Below, one piece after another: positions 1 through 11,600 of a stretch of 64,000 nucleotides of DNA. The notes below the pieces were generated by a model that was not told the origin of the DNA, ran no database searches, and was given only the letters and a program-made list of their open reading frames with translations. Source of the DNA: a virus; the IMG/VR virus record IMGVR_UViG_3300046787_000327, positions 48,952-112,951 of that record. One strand, written 5' to 3'. The position numbers and the translations under genes are program-made. Numbering within the stretch: position 1 is the stretch's first letter; each line of letters begins with the position of its first letter.

Positions 1-1
1 T

Positions 2-3000
2 AACCCTTCAAAGAAGGCTAGCGAATTTCTTGCTGGTCTTGGAATTAATATTAAGGGGCTCGTTGAAGCAAACAAGGGAGACCTTAAAGGAACAGTTGTT
101 GGATTTGCTAGAGCATTAGACACACTTGATCCACTTAACCGTGCTCGTGCAATCGAACAGTTGTTTGGTAAGTTCCAGTTTGCTCGTCTTTCAACTTTGT
201 TTAAGAACGTAACATCAGATTCATCTCAGGCAGCCCGTGCACTTGGTCTTGCAGGAGCGTCAGTTGAAGAGTTGGCAATCCTGTCTGAGCGAGAATTGGG
301 CAAGGTTGAAAATGCTGTAGGAGTAAAGTTCCAGAAGCAACTAGAAAACATTAAGTTACAACTTGTTCCAATTGGTAAAGCATTCTTAGAAGCAGTTACA
401 CCAGTTGTTCAGTTCGCTGGCAAGATTCTTGAAAAGTTTAACAATCTATCAGATGGTACAAAAAAGTTTGTTGTAGGCTTTATTGCAATACTCGGCGGTA
501 TAGCACCAGTAGCACTCATGACTGTTGGTCTTGTTGCTAATGGTGTTGCTAACCTAATTAAGTTCTTTGGTATGCTTCGTGGAGGAATGGCAAAACTTAA
601 TGGCCAAAACAATGTACTTGGTGGTGGGTTTGATTATCTGACACAAGCAGAGATTGACAATCTAGCACAAACAGAAGCACTCCATGTTTCTCACTCAGAA
701 CTTATTTCTACATTTAATGTTGAAAAGACATCAGTTGATCTTCTTGCACAAGCATATGCAAATGCTGCATCACAAGCCAGAGCACTTGCTTCTGGATCAC
801 CAGGACTATTTAATGCAACCCCAGGTGCAGTAGGAGCAGTTTCAGGACTTCCTAAATTTGCTAATGGAAAGGTTCCAGGTAACGAATCTGAAGGAGATAG
901 CGTTCTTGCACTAGTTGCACCAGGTGAAACTATTGTTCCAACAGATAAGTCAAAGAAGTATGGTCCACTGCTCAAGGCTATTATGGGCGATAAACTTCCA
1001 GGATACATTAAGGGCAAGAGAGCAATAACATCTGATCAAGAATCTTTTATTTCTCAAACAGCAAGCATCGCTCCATCACAAGCAGGTGTTGCAGATGAGA
1101 TGGCAAAGCAATTAGAGTTTATTAATAAGGCATCTGCTGAAAAACTTATTGCGTATGCCAGAGCAACTGGTAGAAATGTAACAGATGCAAGCGAAGAGAC
1201 TCTAGAAGAATTGAGAAAATCTCTTGTTACAGATGTAGAAAAAATCTTTACCAGTGTTGCAGAGACAGCAAGAGAAAAAGGAAAAGAAGTAACAGTAAGT
1301 GCACTCAAGTCAGCAACAAAGAAAAAGGGCACTGCAGGAGATTCCAGCATTCATGAATTTTATAACCCAAGAGCAAACCAGCAGCAGTCAACACAGTTTG
1401 GGCATGCAGAAACATCAAAAACTTACAAGGTAGATCAGTTATCACAGGTTGCAAAAATTACAGACGCCAAGGCAAATGCCGAAGCAGATGCAATTATAAA
1501 TGCAATTAACAACTACAATAAGAAGAATGGCACAAGCGTTGAAATGCCAAAAGCAACACCAGTAAGTGGTTTTGGATTTGACATGAGAGGTGAAATTAAC
1601 AAGGCCATGAATGATGGTGCTATGCAACTTAAAGATGGCACAGATACAATCGATGCTTTTATGAAAGATTTCAAAGAGCGTGGGATTGAAAAATGGAGAA
1701 AGTCTGTTGAAATTGGTGGGGGTAACTTTGAACAGTTATCTTCATCTTTAAAGATTTATGATGATAAGATATTAGAGTCAGTCCAAGCATGGAAGACTGC
1801 AAACCCAGGTAAGGCATTTACTGATACAGAGTTTATGAAGATTGAGCAGAGTGTTCGCTCACAAGTAACTAATGTTGGTGAAGGCCTAGGGGCAGTGTTT
1901 GAAGAAGCAAGAAATACTGTTACAGCAATCAGACTTAAGTTAACTAAGGTTCAAAGAGACATCCTAAATGATGATGCTGTTGCAAGAGGAGATGTTGCAC
2001 CAGGAGAAAAGAAGTATGCTGATGATAGAACAACCTATCAAATGGGCGGAACTGAAAGAAGAAACTCTACTGGCTATGGAAAGTTTATTGATGATGAACT
2101 AACAGATGCAGAAAATGCTGCAGAAACAAAATCTCCTTCAGAGAGAACAAGAAGACTTGGTGTCAATATTGGTGAAGGTTTAAGAATAGGCCTTGAGCAA
2201 AAAACTAATGAAGTAAGATCTCAAGCAGACCAACTTGCCGATGCAGCAATTCCAAAAGTAGATACTGCAAACCAAGCAAAGTATAACAATCTCAAGAGTG
2301 ATCCATATGAAAGACAAGTTCAAAAGTCTATTGATAGACAAAATAGAAAACTTTATGGACCAGCAACTCCTGTAGTTGCACAGCCGTCTTCATCTACTGA
2401 GACATCAATGACCGTAGATATTGATCCTCAAGCACTCATGGCTGATATGGCTGCAGCAAAGGCTGCTCGAAAGAGAGCAAAAGAATTAGATAGACAAGCA
2501 TCAGAAGCAGAAGCAGCAGCAGCCAAGATGAGGGCTGAAGCAGCAAAGTGGGAAGAGATTGCTGCTAGAGAAAATAACCAAAACATTTATACCAATGAAA
2601 ATGTTCGTGTTTTACAAAAGCAAGCAGATGCAGTAGAACTTAAAGCAGCACAGTTAAGAATTCAGGCTGCAGAAGAAAGATCAAAGGCTGTAACAAAGTC
2701 TAAGAAATCTGGAACAGTTGCAGATGGAGCCAAGAATGTTAAGGCTGCAGCAAAAGAAGCGGGTAAAACTAGAGGTGCTCAAGAGCAGGTAACCGATGCT
2801 ACAGAAAACGTTGCACAAGAGCAGGTTAAGTATGGTAATGAGGTAAAGAAGTCTAAGAAGAGAGCAAAGCAAAATGCAGATGCTTCTGGAGATGTCTTAA
2901 TAGCAGAAGAAGATATTGCAAGAAATGCTAACCTTACCGCAACTGCGACTAATACACAAGCACAGAATACTCTTACAACAGCAGAGTTAACTCAGGCAAC

Positions 3001-6000
3001 AGAGAATGTTTTACAGGATTCTCTAGATAATAATGAGCAGATTGCTAGAGCAGAAGACGATAGAGCGAAGTCTGCAGAAGAAATTGCTAAACTTGAAAAT
3101 GATATTGAAGCACAAAAGAGAAAAGAAAAAGAGGCTGGGCAAGCAGCACTTGCTGCACGTATGGCAGGACCAGTCATCCCTGAAGGGTCTCAAACAGATC
3201 AAAAAAATGTTAACCCATTAACAGCAATGGGGTATGAAGATGCATATGATGAGGCTTCAACTTACACAAGAGACAAGGATGGTCAAATCTTATTTGATCC
3301 AGAACTTGGTCCAAATGGTGAGAAGAATCCAACAACAATGACTCAAAAGCAAATCACAAAGAAGAAGCGTGGCATGCGTAGAGAAAAGGTTGGCAAGTAT
3401 TCTGGTAAGGCTTCTGGTGCTTTAGGTATGGCAACTATGGCAGCAGGCATGATGGGTGCACCACCACAGGTAACAGCAGCACTTGGTGCGGCTTCAACCG
3501 TTGCACAGTTTGCTCCTATGCTCGCAGGTATGGGGCCAGTTGGTTGGGCAGCAGCAGGAATCATGGCAGTAGGTGCAGGAGCCTATATGCTAAATAAGCA
3601 CTTCAATAAGATGGCTGCCGAGGCAGCAAAGTTTGCAACATCAACTTCAGCAACTCGTGAGAGTATGAAGAAGATGGGTGAGATGACTGGCAGGGTCGGG
3701 GCATCTGAAATTATGGATCGTCGTAGAACTACAACTAGATACAATAAGTACAGCGACTCCGTTAAGATGAATACAACCTTTGGAAATAAGTTCCTAGGGT
3801 CAGACCTTGGAAAAGACACAAAGAAGGTTTTCCAAGAAAATGTTAAGAAGATGGGACTTGAGCAGGCAACTAGTGACTTGTCTCTTAAACTTGCTGCCCA
3901 GATTGCAGATGGCGTACTCGATAAAGACCAGGCAGAATCAATCGCTGCATCTCTTGCACTCTCATTAAAAGATAAAAGCATTGAAATGCAGGTTACTGGA
4001 AAACTAAGAACTCTTATTGGTCCAGATGGAGAAAACTTAAAAGATAAGCCATTAAAGACAAGACTTTTGCTTGTTGCTACAGCAAGACAGAGAAGCGAAA
4101 AACAACTTAAGACTATTGATGAAAAGAAGGCTAAGGGTGAATCTGTAAGAAAAGATATTGCTATGCTTGCTGCATACAATATGAACAACCTAGAACTTGC
4201 CACGATGGTTGCTGATCAAGTTGAAAATGAGTTTGAGATTCAAAAGAAGAAACTAGAAACTGAAATTGCTTCAACAACAAATCTACAGAAAAAATTAGAA
4301 CTAGAAAAGCAACTGAAGACACTTACTGCAAACAATGTTGCAGATCAACAAAGAACAAGCCAAGAAATATTGATGAATATTGCTCAGGCAGAAATTGACT
4401 TCCAGAAAGTATTTAGTGATACTGGAATCGGTGGCCAGGCAATGCGAGAGGATGCATACTTTGATGCGTCTAGATCAACTGTCGAATCAGCCTATAAGGG
4501 CACATCAGAAGAGGCTGCTGCTAAGAAATTCTTAGATAGAACAAAGGGCCTACAGGATGGAGCAGAGACTGGAAAGTACAATGCAAACACTGGAACATAT
4601 CAAAAGAACGGTCTAGGAACAGAGAAAGCAGCGCAAACATTCCAAGCAAAAATGGAAATGATGGTAGGAAGCAAAGCAATCAGCCCTACAGAGGCAAATG
4701 CCTGGATGAGTCTTTTTAGTGGAAGACTGAATGAATTAGATCTAGCAATCAACACAAGCATTAAGCAAAATGGACTTGGTAAGACCAAAGAACTTTTTGG
4801 AATGTTTGAAGGTTTTACAAAGAAAAAAGTAGCAACGCAAATGATCCAGGAGATCTTGTTAACTAAAAAAGATCCTGCAGAGTTCGATGCAATTATGGAG
4901 ACTCTTGCCAACCTTAAATCTCTAGATGGAACTGCAATTGACATGGAGGTGCTTGTTAGTGCAATCGGTCTTCCTGGTATTCAAAAGTTACAGGAAGAGT
5001 TTGATGCTATTGAAAAAAGAAAAGATGAATTAAAAAAGAAGGACAAGAAGTTTACTTTAGAAGATGAAGTAAAGAGTGCTGGCACATCTGCTCCTGCAGT
5101 TCAAGCACTTATTGGTGATGAAGAAAAAAGAAAAAAGTTTGATGCTTTATCAAGAGAAGCACAGGCAGACTTTTTACAGAAACTAGCAGGAGCCTATGCA
5201 TCTCAGTCGCAAGTTGATGATGCAACGCTTGCCCTTGAAGCAGAGAAGCAAGCAAAAACTCTCTTATGGATGGAGGGAGTAAAAGATAGTGACAAGGACT
5301 ATCAAACAAAACTAAAGGCATATGTTGATACGTATCTTTCAAAAACTGATTCTGAAAGAGCAGTAGACTCTCTAGATATGTACCTAGATCCAACAATTGA
5401 TACAAAGTCTGCTCCTGGTGGTGGCATTGAGGATGGAAAGAAAGAAAGAGATACCACCTATGATGAACTGAATAAGAGGCTCAGAAATGTACGCCTTGCA
5501 TCAATCAATGCTGCTGGTGGTATAGGTGAACTTACAAAAGCACTTGCAAAGACTGGTATAAAAGCAATCAATGATCAGTTCAGAGGACTTGAGCAACAAC
5601 TAATTAAAACAGGTAAGGCTGGTCAGTTTGTAGACTATCTTGCTGGACTAGATCAGGATCAACTTAATAAGTTTGGTAAGGCAGCAACCAAAAAGGGTAT
5701 TGACCCAAACACGGGCAAGAAGAAGTCTGGAGTTAAGGTTGGAGACTTTATTCTTAATGCCACAGGGCAAAAGATGGAGAAAGGCTTTAATAAGGCCATC
5801 ATCGGTGACTATAATAATGCTCAGGTTCGTTCTGTTGAATTAAATAAGCAAGAGATTGCAGCACGAACTAAACTTCTTGCACTAGGGTTCCAAGAGTCAG
5901 ATATCCGAACTATGCTCGCTGATGAAAATTATAGAACACTGATCGCAACAGGTAAGGTAACACAAAAAGAATTAGAAACAAATGCTGCACTTACAAAGCA

Positions 6001-7960
6001 AGCAAGAATTAGAGCATCTATTAGTGGTGCAGTTGCAGGGTTTAAAGATAAGCAACAGACCGCAGACAGCCAAAAGCGTATTCCAGAAGTTGTTCAGATG
6101 CTACAGATGGCCAACATTAGTGCTGAAGGAATTAGTTCTGTTATATCAGACCCAGCAATGCTTGATACCCTAATTGATGGTATGGACAACTTTGCAGGTC
6201 TTGGACAAGATGCACAAGATGAATTTAGAACACTGCTAGATCAGATTAATGAGATACCAGCACAAAAGATTATCGAGTTAGTATTTACTCAAACTACAGA
6301 GCAGAAGGCAATCGCAGGAGCCGAAGCAGCAGTACAAATGTTTGATGCATACAAGCAAATAGATGAAAACACTATCAAGAACAGTAAGGGTAACACATTT
6401 GCTGGACTTCAAGCAATGATGGAAGATTTAAACAATCAGGCAAAGATTGTTCAGAATGGTATCAATCTAACTCAATCTAGAATTGATGACCTGCAAAAAG
6501 AGGTAGATGCGGATCAAAGAAATATTGAAACTAAATTTACTCGACCAATAGAAGCCAAGCAAAAAGCGATTGATAAGTTAAATAGATCAGCAGAGATTAA
6601 CTTTGTTAGACCAATCCAGGCACTTCAAGAAAGATCTAACGTACTTTCACATGACCTAGATGTTATGAACCATGCTGCAGAAGAAATTAATAAGAAGTAT
6701 GATAAGCAGCAAGAAGCATTACAAGAAGTTGCTAAGGTTAATCAGCAAATCATTGCTCAACAACAACAACAACTTGGTCTTGCAGATGCATTGTCTAAGG
6801 GTGACATCTCAGCAGCAGCAAAGGCTGTTCAAGATATGCGAGCAACCAATGCTAGCAACTATGCTCAGAACTCTCAAGAAGCATTGCAAAAGGCAAGAGA
6901 GAATGAAGTCAAGGGTCTTAAGGGTGGCGTCAGTGGATTAACCCAAGATCAAATTCAAGAAGAGCAGTATCAAATTGGCCAACAGACATATGCCTTAGAA
7001 CAGCAGAAGGCGTTAGTTGATAAGCAAATTCTTGCTATCCAAGATGAAATCTATACACTTGAGCAATCAAGACTTGTAGCACTTGATGCAATTCAGGTTA
7101 AGACAGACAAGATTGCTAGTATTGTTAATGGTGAACTGCTAGACCAGCAGACTAAGTTAAAGAAGATTACTGATCAAAACCTTGAGTACCAATCACAAAG
7201 CGATCTTCTTGCAGCAATCATTACTGCAAACGACAAGGCTCGTGTCATATCTGATAAAACAAGAGCAGCATGGGATGCAACCCTTATTGCTGCTAAGGCA
7301 TCAGAAACATTACTCAAGGGCGAATTGGCTACTGCACTTGGTATTGCAGCAGCAGAATCTGGAAAGATTCAAACTTCCTGGGAAGCAATTAAAAAATCCT
7401 ACGATGCAATTCAGGGTAAGTCACTTGAGGTTAAGAATACAGTTGTAGATGAGTACATGCCAGACACTAAGGATAAGAATACTACAACTCCACCTGTTAC
7501 AACACCTACTGTGAGTGCAGCAGACAAGGCAGCATCTGTAGCATACACAAATCCAAATCTTACAGCAGCAGAGCAAGCAGCAGCGATCAATTACAAAACT
7601 GCTACCCCATCTGCTTCTGATATTATTGCAGCAAGAAAAGCGAAGTACGGATACCTGTCTTCTGGTGGTCTGGTTCCTAAGTACTTTGCAGCAGGAGGGT
7701 ATGCAAGGGGTACCGATACAATTCCAGCAATGCTCACACCAGGAGAATTCGTGATGAGTAGATATGCTGTTAATAGCCATGGGGTAGACACTCTTAAGGC
7801 TATGAACTCAGGCTCACAAACATCAACTGGAGATTCAGTGTATAATTATAACCTTAGCGTTAATGTGAAATCTGATGCAAACCCAGACGATATTGCAAGA
7901 ACAGTTATGACTCAGATTAGACAGATTGATTCACAAAGAATTAGGGGGAATAGGTTCTAA
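2..7960 (+). CDS. Tail tape measure protein, 5'-truncated by the window edge
   Basis: Frame is open from position 2 (NPSKKASEFLAGLGI...), upstream of the 161 start in the track. >2600 aa, Ala/Lys/Gln-rich coiled coil with hydrophobic stretches. TP901-like core at the left; C-terminal GGxxxGTDTIPAMLTPGEFV motif typical of actinophage TMPs. Confidence 0.93.
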   Translation, partial: NPSKKASEFLAGLGINIKGLVEANKGDLKGTVVGFARALDTLDPLNRARAIEQLFGKFQFARLSTLFKNVTSDSSQAARALGLAGASVEELAILSERELGKVENAVGVKFQKQLENIKLQLVPIGKAFLEAVTPVVQFAGKILEKFNNLSDGTKKFVVGFIAILGGIAPVALMTVGLVANGVANLIKFFGMLRGGMAKLNGQNNVLGGGFDYLTQAEIDNLAQTEALHVSHSELISTFNVEKTSVDLLAQAYANAASQARALASGSPGLFNATPGAVGAVSGLPKFANGKVPGNESEGDSVLALVAPGETIVPTDKSKKYGPLLKAIMGDKLPGYIKGKRAITSDQESFISQTASIAPSQAGVADEMAKQLEFINKASAEKLIAYARATGRNVTDASEETLEELRKSLVTDVEKIFTSVAETAREKGKEVTVSALKSATKKKGTAGDSSIHEFYNPRANQQQSTQFGHAETSKTYKVDQLSQVAKITDAKANAEADAIINAINNYNKKNGTSVEMPKATPVSGFGFDMRGEINKAMNDGAMQLKDGTDTIDAFMKDFKERGIEKWRKSVEIGGGNFEQLSSSLKIYDDKILESVQAWKTANPGKAFTDTEFMKIEQSVRSQVTNVGEGLGAVFEEARNTVTAIRLKLTKVQRDILNDDAVARGDVAPGEKKYADDRTTYQMGGTERRNSTGYGKFIDDELTDAENAAETKSPSERTRRLGVNIGEGLRIGLEQKTNEVRSQADQLADAAIPKVDTANQAKYNNLKSDPYERQVQKSIDRQNRKLYGPATPVVAQPSSSTETSMTVDIDPQALMADMAAAKAARKRAKELDRQASEAEAAAAKMRAEAAKWEEIAARENNQNIYTNENVRVLQKQADAVELKAAQLRIQAAEERSKAVTKSKKSGTVADGAKNVKAAAKEAGKTRGAQEQVTDATENVAQEQVKYGNEVKKSKKRAKQNADASGDVLIAEEDIARNANLTATATNTQAQNTLTTAELTQATENVLQDSLDNNEQIARAEDDRAKSAEEIAKLENDIEAQKRKEKEAGQAALAARMAGPVIPEGSQTDQKNVNPLTAMGYEDAYDEASTYTRDKDGQILFDPELGPNGEKNPTTMTQKQITKKKRGMRREKVGKYSGKASGALGMATMAAGMMGAPPQVTAALGAASTVAQFAPMLAGMGPVGWAAAGIMAVGAGAYMLNKHFNKMAAEAAKFATSTSATRESMKKMGEMTGRVGASEIMDRRRTTTRYNKYSDSVKMNTTFGNKFLGSDLGKDTKKVFQENVKKMGLEQATSDLSLKLAAQIADGVLDKDQAESIAASLALSLKDKSIEMQVTGKLRTLIGPDGENLKDKPLKTRLLLVATARQRSEKQLKTIDEKKAKGESVRKDIAMLAAYNMNNLELATMVADQVENEFEIQKKKLETEIASTTNLQKKLELEKQLKTLTANNVADQQRTSQEILMNIAQAEIDFQKVFSDTGIGGQAMREDAYFDASRSTVESAYKGTSEEAAAKKFLDRTKGLQDGAETGKYNANTGTYQKNGLGTEKAAQTFQAKMEMMVGSKAISPTEANAWMSLFSGRLNELDLAINTSIKQNGLGKTKELFGMFEGFTKKKVATQMIQEILLTKKDPAEFDAIMETLANLKSLDGTAIDMEVLVSAIGLPGIQKLQEEFDAIEKRKDELKKKDKKFTLEDEVKSAGTSAPAVQALIGDEEKRKKFDALSREAQADFLQKLAGAYASQSQVDDATLALEAEKQAKTLLWMEGVKDSDKDYQTKLKAYVDTYLSKTDSERAVDSLDMYLDPTIDTKSAPGGGIEDGKKERDTTYDELNKRLRNVRLASINAAGGIGELTKALAKTGIKAINDQFRGLEQQLIKTGKAGQFVDYLAGLDQDQLNKFGKAATKKGIDPNTGKKKSGVKVGDFILNATGQKMEKGFNKAIIGDYNNAQVRSVELNKQEIAARTKLLALGFQESDIRTMLADENYRTLIATGKVTQKELETNAALTKQARIRASISGAVAGFKDKQQTADSQKRIPEVVQMLQMANISAEGISSVISDPAMLDTLIDGMDNFAGLGQDAQDEFRTLLDQINEIPAQKIIELVFTQTTEQKAIAGAEAAVQMFDAYKQIDENTIKNSKGNTFAGLQAMMEDLNNQAKIVQNGINLTQSRIDDLQKEVDADQRNIETKFTRPIEAKQKAIDKLNRSAEINFVRPIQALQERSNVLSHDLDVMNHAAEEINKKYDKQQEALQEVAKVNQQIIAQQQQQLGLADALSKGDISAAAKAVQDMRATNASNYAQNSQEALQKARENEVKGLKGGVSGLTQDQIQEEQYQIGQQTYALEQQKALVDKQILAIQDEIYTLEQSRLVALDAIQVKTDKIASIVNGELLDQQTKLKKITDQNLEYQSQSDLLAAIITANDKARVISDKTRAAWDATLIAAKASETLLKGELATALGIAAAESGKIQTSWEAIKKSYDAIQGKSLEVKNTVVDEYMPDTKDKNTTTPPVTTPTVSAADKAASVAYTNPNLTAAEQAAAINYKTATPSASDIIAARKAKYGYLSSGGLVPKYFAAGGYARGTDTIPAMLTPGEFVMSRYAVNSHGVDTLKAMNSGSQTSTGDSVYNYNLSVNVKSDANPDDIARTVMTQIRQIDSQRIRGNRF

Positions 7961-8619
7961 TGGCTACATCATCATACATGACAGGCAGAAGATCATATGC
8001 AAGACCACAGGCAGCCCTATGGTCTAATAATCCTGGCACTCTTGTAGGTGGCCTATATATCCCAACAGGCTTAGAAGTTGGACAAGATCCAGGGCTAGAA
8101 ACAAACTCGTCTGTCCTGGATCAGTTCCTTATCCTATCTGACCATAATCGAGGAGAAATAAAAGTAACTCCTAACCGCATTGAAAAGCGTGAAAGAATGA
8201 TTAATGGCCATATGAGATCCTACCATATTGCTGATAAGTTAAACTTTGATATTTCTTGGAATATGCTTCCATCAAGGTCTTTCAGAACAAGGCCAGACTT
8301 TAACCCTACTACAGGCAAGAGCACCTCTACAGGGGTCTCTGGAAGGCCTACAGGGGCAGATGAGCAGTACACTGTAGATGGCGGAGCAGGAGCAGGAGAA
8401 CTACTTGAGTGGTACGAAAATCACAAAGGATCATTCTGGATGTTCTTGGCTTACGATAAGTATAATAATTTTGGCAATGATGATGCAGCATATGGACACT
8501 TAGCCCAGTATAACCAAATCGTAGAGGTTTATATTTCTAAGTTTGATTACAGCGTTGTCTCCAGAGGTGCATCAAATCATGATTTATGGAATGTCTCAGT
8601 ATCCCTGGAAGAAGTCTAA
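7960..8619 (+). CDS. Minor tail protein (distal-tail position)
   Basis: Directly follows TMP with stop/start overlap; 219 aa; synteny only. Confidence 0.65.
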   Translation: MATSSYMTGRRSYARPQAALWSNNPGTLVGGLYIPTGLEVGQDPGLETNSSVLDQFLILSDHNRGEIKVTPNRIEKRERMINGHMRSYHIADKLNFDISWNMLPSRSFRTRPDFNPTTGKSTSTGVSGRPTGADEQYTVDGGAGAGELLEWYENHKGSFWMFLAYDKYNNFGNDDAAYGHLAQYNQIVEVYISKFDYSVVSRGASNHDLWNVSVSLEEV

Positions 8620-11600
8620 TGTTTGAGAATAAAGAGTTACAGTCACACCTAGAAGAGTCACAGACGGTAAAAAGTCAGTCTGCTATTATTGCAGAGTGGA
8701 ATATGAATATTGCATCAAATATTCAGATGATCGGAAACTACAGATATAGGTCTACAGACCCTACCTCTAGTTTTTATTTATTACCAAACTCGTTTGATGT
8801 AAATGATTCAGCGGGGTATTATACTGGTGCTACGGATGCAGATATTACAATCGATGGCGGGATGGATGATTTAGATGTTCCAACGCTATTGGTATCTAAA
8901 AAAGATAAACTAAAAACATTATACTCTCTAGAAGATTGCTTTAAGCAGTTTAGACCTAGATCTGGAATTAACAAAGCAAGGTATATATCTGGTTCATACT
9001 TACACCATGCTAATACATCAATGGCAAATAGACCAAGGTACTATATGCCAGACAAGGATGACCTATTTAAGTATTGGACATCCTATAGAACTGAAGGCTC
9101 TTCAGAATATGGAATTGCTAATAAAAATGTAAATAACCAAAAGGTGATTGACGATGCTGTTCCATTTGTTGTCTATAAGGAAAATGTACCAGCCAATAGA
9201 CTTGTTGTAAAAATGCAAACACATATAGGCACTGTTGATCTAGGCTCTATGTCAAATGGCTCAACCAGCATTCCAGATCCACTTTATGGTAATTCAAATA
9301 AGGCTACTCCACTTAAGTGGAAGATCCAACATTTAAAAGGAAACAACTGGGTAGACACGTACCTCTTTGACTACAACACAACAAGAGATAATGGATCCCC
9401 AGTCATTGGACCTGATGGATACGTTGAGTTAGAGTATGGACTCAAGGTACCAGCAAGATATAAGGACAGATTTATTTTTGCAGCAAGTGTTGCATCTGAA
9501 ACAGTGCTACCAGATAACAACACTGAGGGGTATGCCTATCTGGTTAAAGAAAATGATTTAGATATTGGAACATTCTATATTTGGCAGGGTGAGGCCTATG
9601 AAACCTTTGCTCCAGAGTATGGTTGGCAATTAGCAAGTCCAGACACAGATAGACTTACTAACTTTGTTACAGACTTGACAGATCCAGATAGATATACTTC
9701 TAACGTAGATGGAACTTCTAAGTACCGTGAGTTTGAGTACATTCGTGGTGTAAGAATTGTTGTAAACTCTATGACAAAAACAAACAGTACATTCGACTTG
9801 ATTGAAATTTCTCCAAGACTATCTGTAAATATTACAGACAAGGTAACAGATTTTTCAATTAATAAGAGCGCATCAGATCTTGGACTCAGCGGTATGCCAG
9901 TAGGACAGTTGTTAGCATCTACAGGAAAGTTGGGCTTATTTGATTATGATGATGCTTTTAATGATGAGAATGATAGTAGTATTATTAAGGATTATATTGC
10001 ACGGAATATTCAGTTTAAGTTTTACGAGGTTATTGTAGATGTTGATGGCTTTGATTACTTTGTGCCACTTAAGACTCTATACTCAGACTCATTTCCAAGT
10101 ATTTCAAATGCAGACAAGAAGGTATCAATTAGCCTAAGAGATATGTTCTTTTATTTAGAATCAACCACGGCTCCACAAATTTTATCTACAGAGACATCCC
10201 TAAGTTCTGCTGTATGCTTATTGCTAGATTATTTAGGTTTTTCAAACTATACATTTAAGCGTTTGCCAAACGAAAAAGAAGTTATAATTCCATACTTTTT
10301 TATTGCACCAGATACATCTATTGCACAGGTGTTGCAGGATCTAGCAGTGTCAACGCAAACAGCAATGTTCTTTGATGAGTACAATAACTTTGTTGCTATG
10401 AGCAAAAACTATATGTTGCCTGCACCTGGTGACAGAGCAACGAGCACGACCCTGTTTGGAACAAACGATCAGCAAGATTCAGGTGTAATTGAAAATGAGC
10501 ACACAAATATCAAACTTGCAAATATTATCGAATACACAGATCAAGACTCTAAGATTTATAATGATGGAAGCATAACTTATAATGCAAGACATATTCAAAA
10601 ATCAATTGGCTCATTGAAGCAGGCAAGCCTTATCGACAATGAAAAAACCTGGATCTATAAGCCAGTACTATTGTGGGAAGTTGCTGGAACTCAAAATACA
10701 AAGTCAGTAAATGGTGAGGTGGGAAACCAGTCATCATATGTTCTTTCTGCTATTCCTCTCAATTCAGACTTGACTGCAGATGTCCCTGTTGTTGTTAATA
10801 ATAAACTAATTAATAATACTATGAACTTTGGCGAAGCAGTTTATTGGATCACACGATACAACGGATACTTCTATGCCAATGGCGAGGTTATCAAGTTTGA
10901 TGCCGTAGAATACAATGTTGCTGGAATTGGAAATGTTTGGATTACAGATGTCCAAGAGTATCAGGACTACGCATCCAAGGTTCCATTTAATGGAAAGATT
11001 TATCCTACAGGTTCAGTGCGAATCTACAGCGAGCCAAACTATCAAGAAATCGCTGGCGTATTAAAATTAAAAAATGGCCCAGTTGCAAAGCATGGCCGTG
11101 GGCAATTTGGTACAAGCGTTGTTTCACACAAGGCAGGTCTAGATAACTACTGGTCAAATAATGACAATGTTCGTGGAGTAACTATGAAGATTGACTCTTT
11201 GTTTAATTCAGTTGCAACCGAATTGCCAACCACCTCTACTGGACTTACAGTTGGAGCAGCAGGAAAATCTTCGTTCATTAATCTTGGAACCAATCCAGTT
11301 GGAACACCACCAACAAGTAATGAGATTGCACAGAAGACTGCAAGAAATGGAATCATTAAAAACTTTTTATCTTCTACTAATCTAGATCAGTCTGTTACAA
11401 ACTCATTATCAAGTACACAAACTGGCACTGTCCAGTCATCAGCCCTTGTACTGAGTGGACCTGCTATGACAACTTACCCAAAGCCAACAGAGTTCATCTC
11501 TTATGTATACAAGCCACTTACAGATAAATTTAAACATTTTGGCACAAGAATGAGAATTGTTGGAAAGATTGAGAACAATTTAGATCGTGGACAGAGTGCG

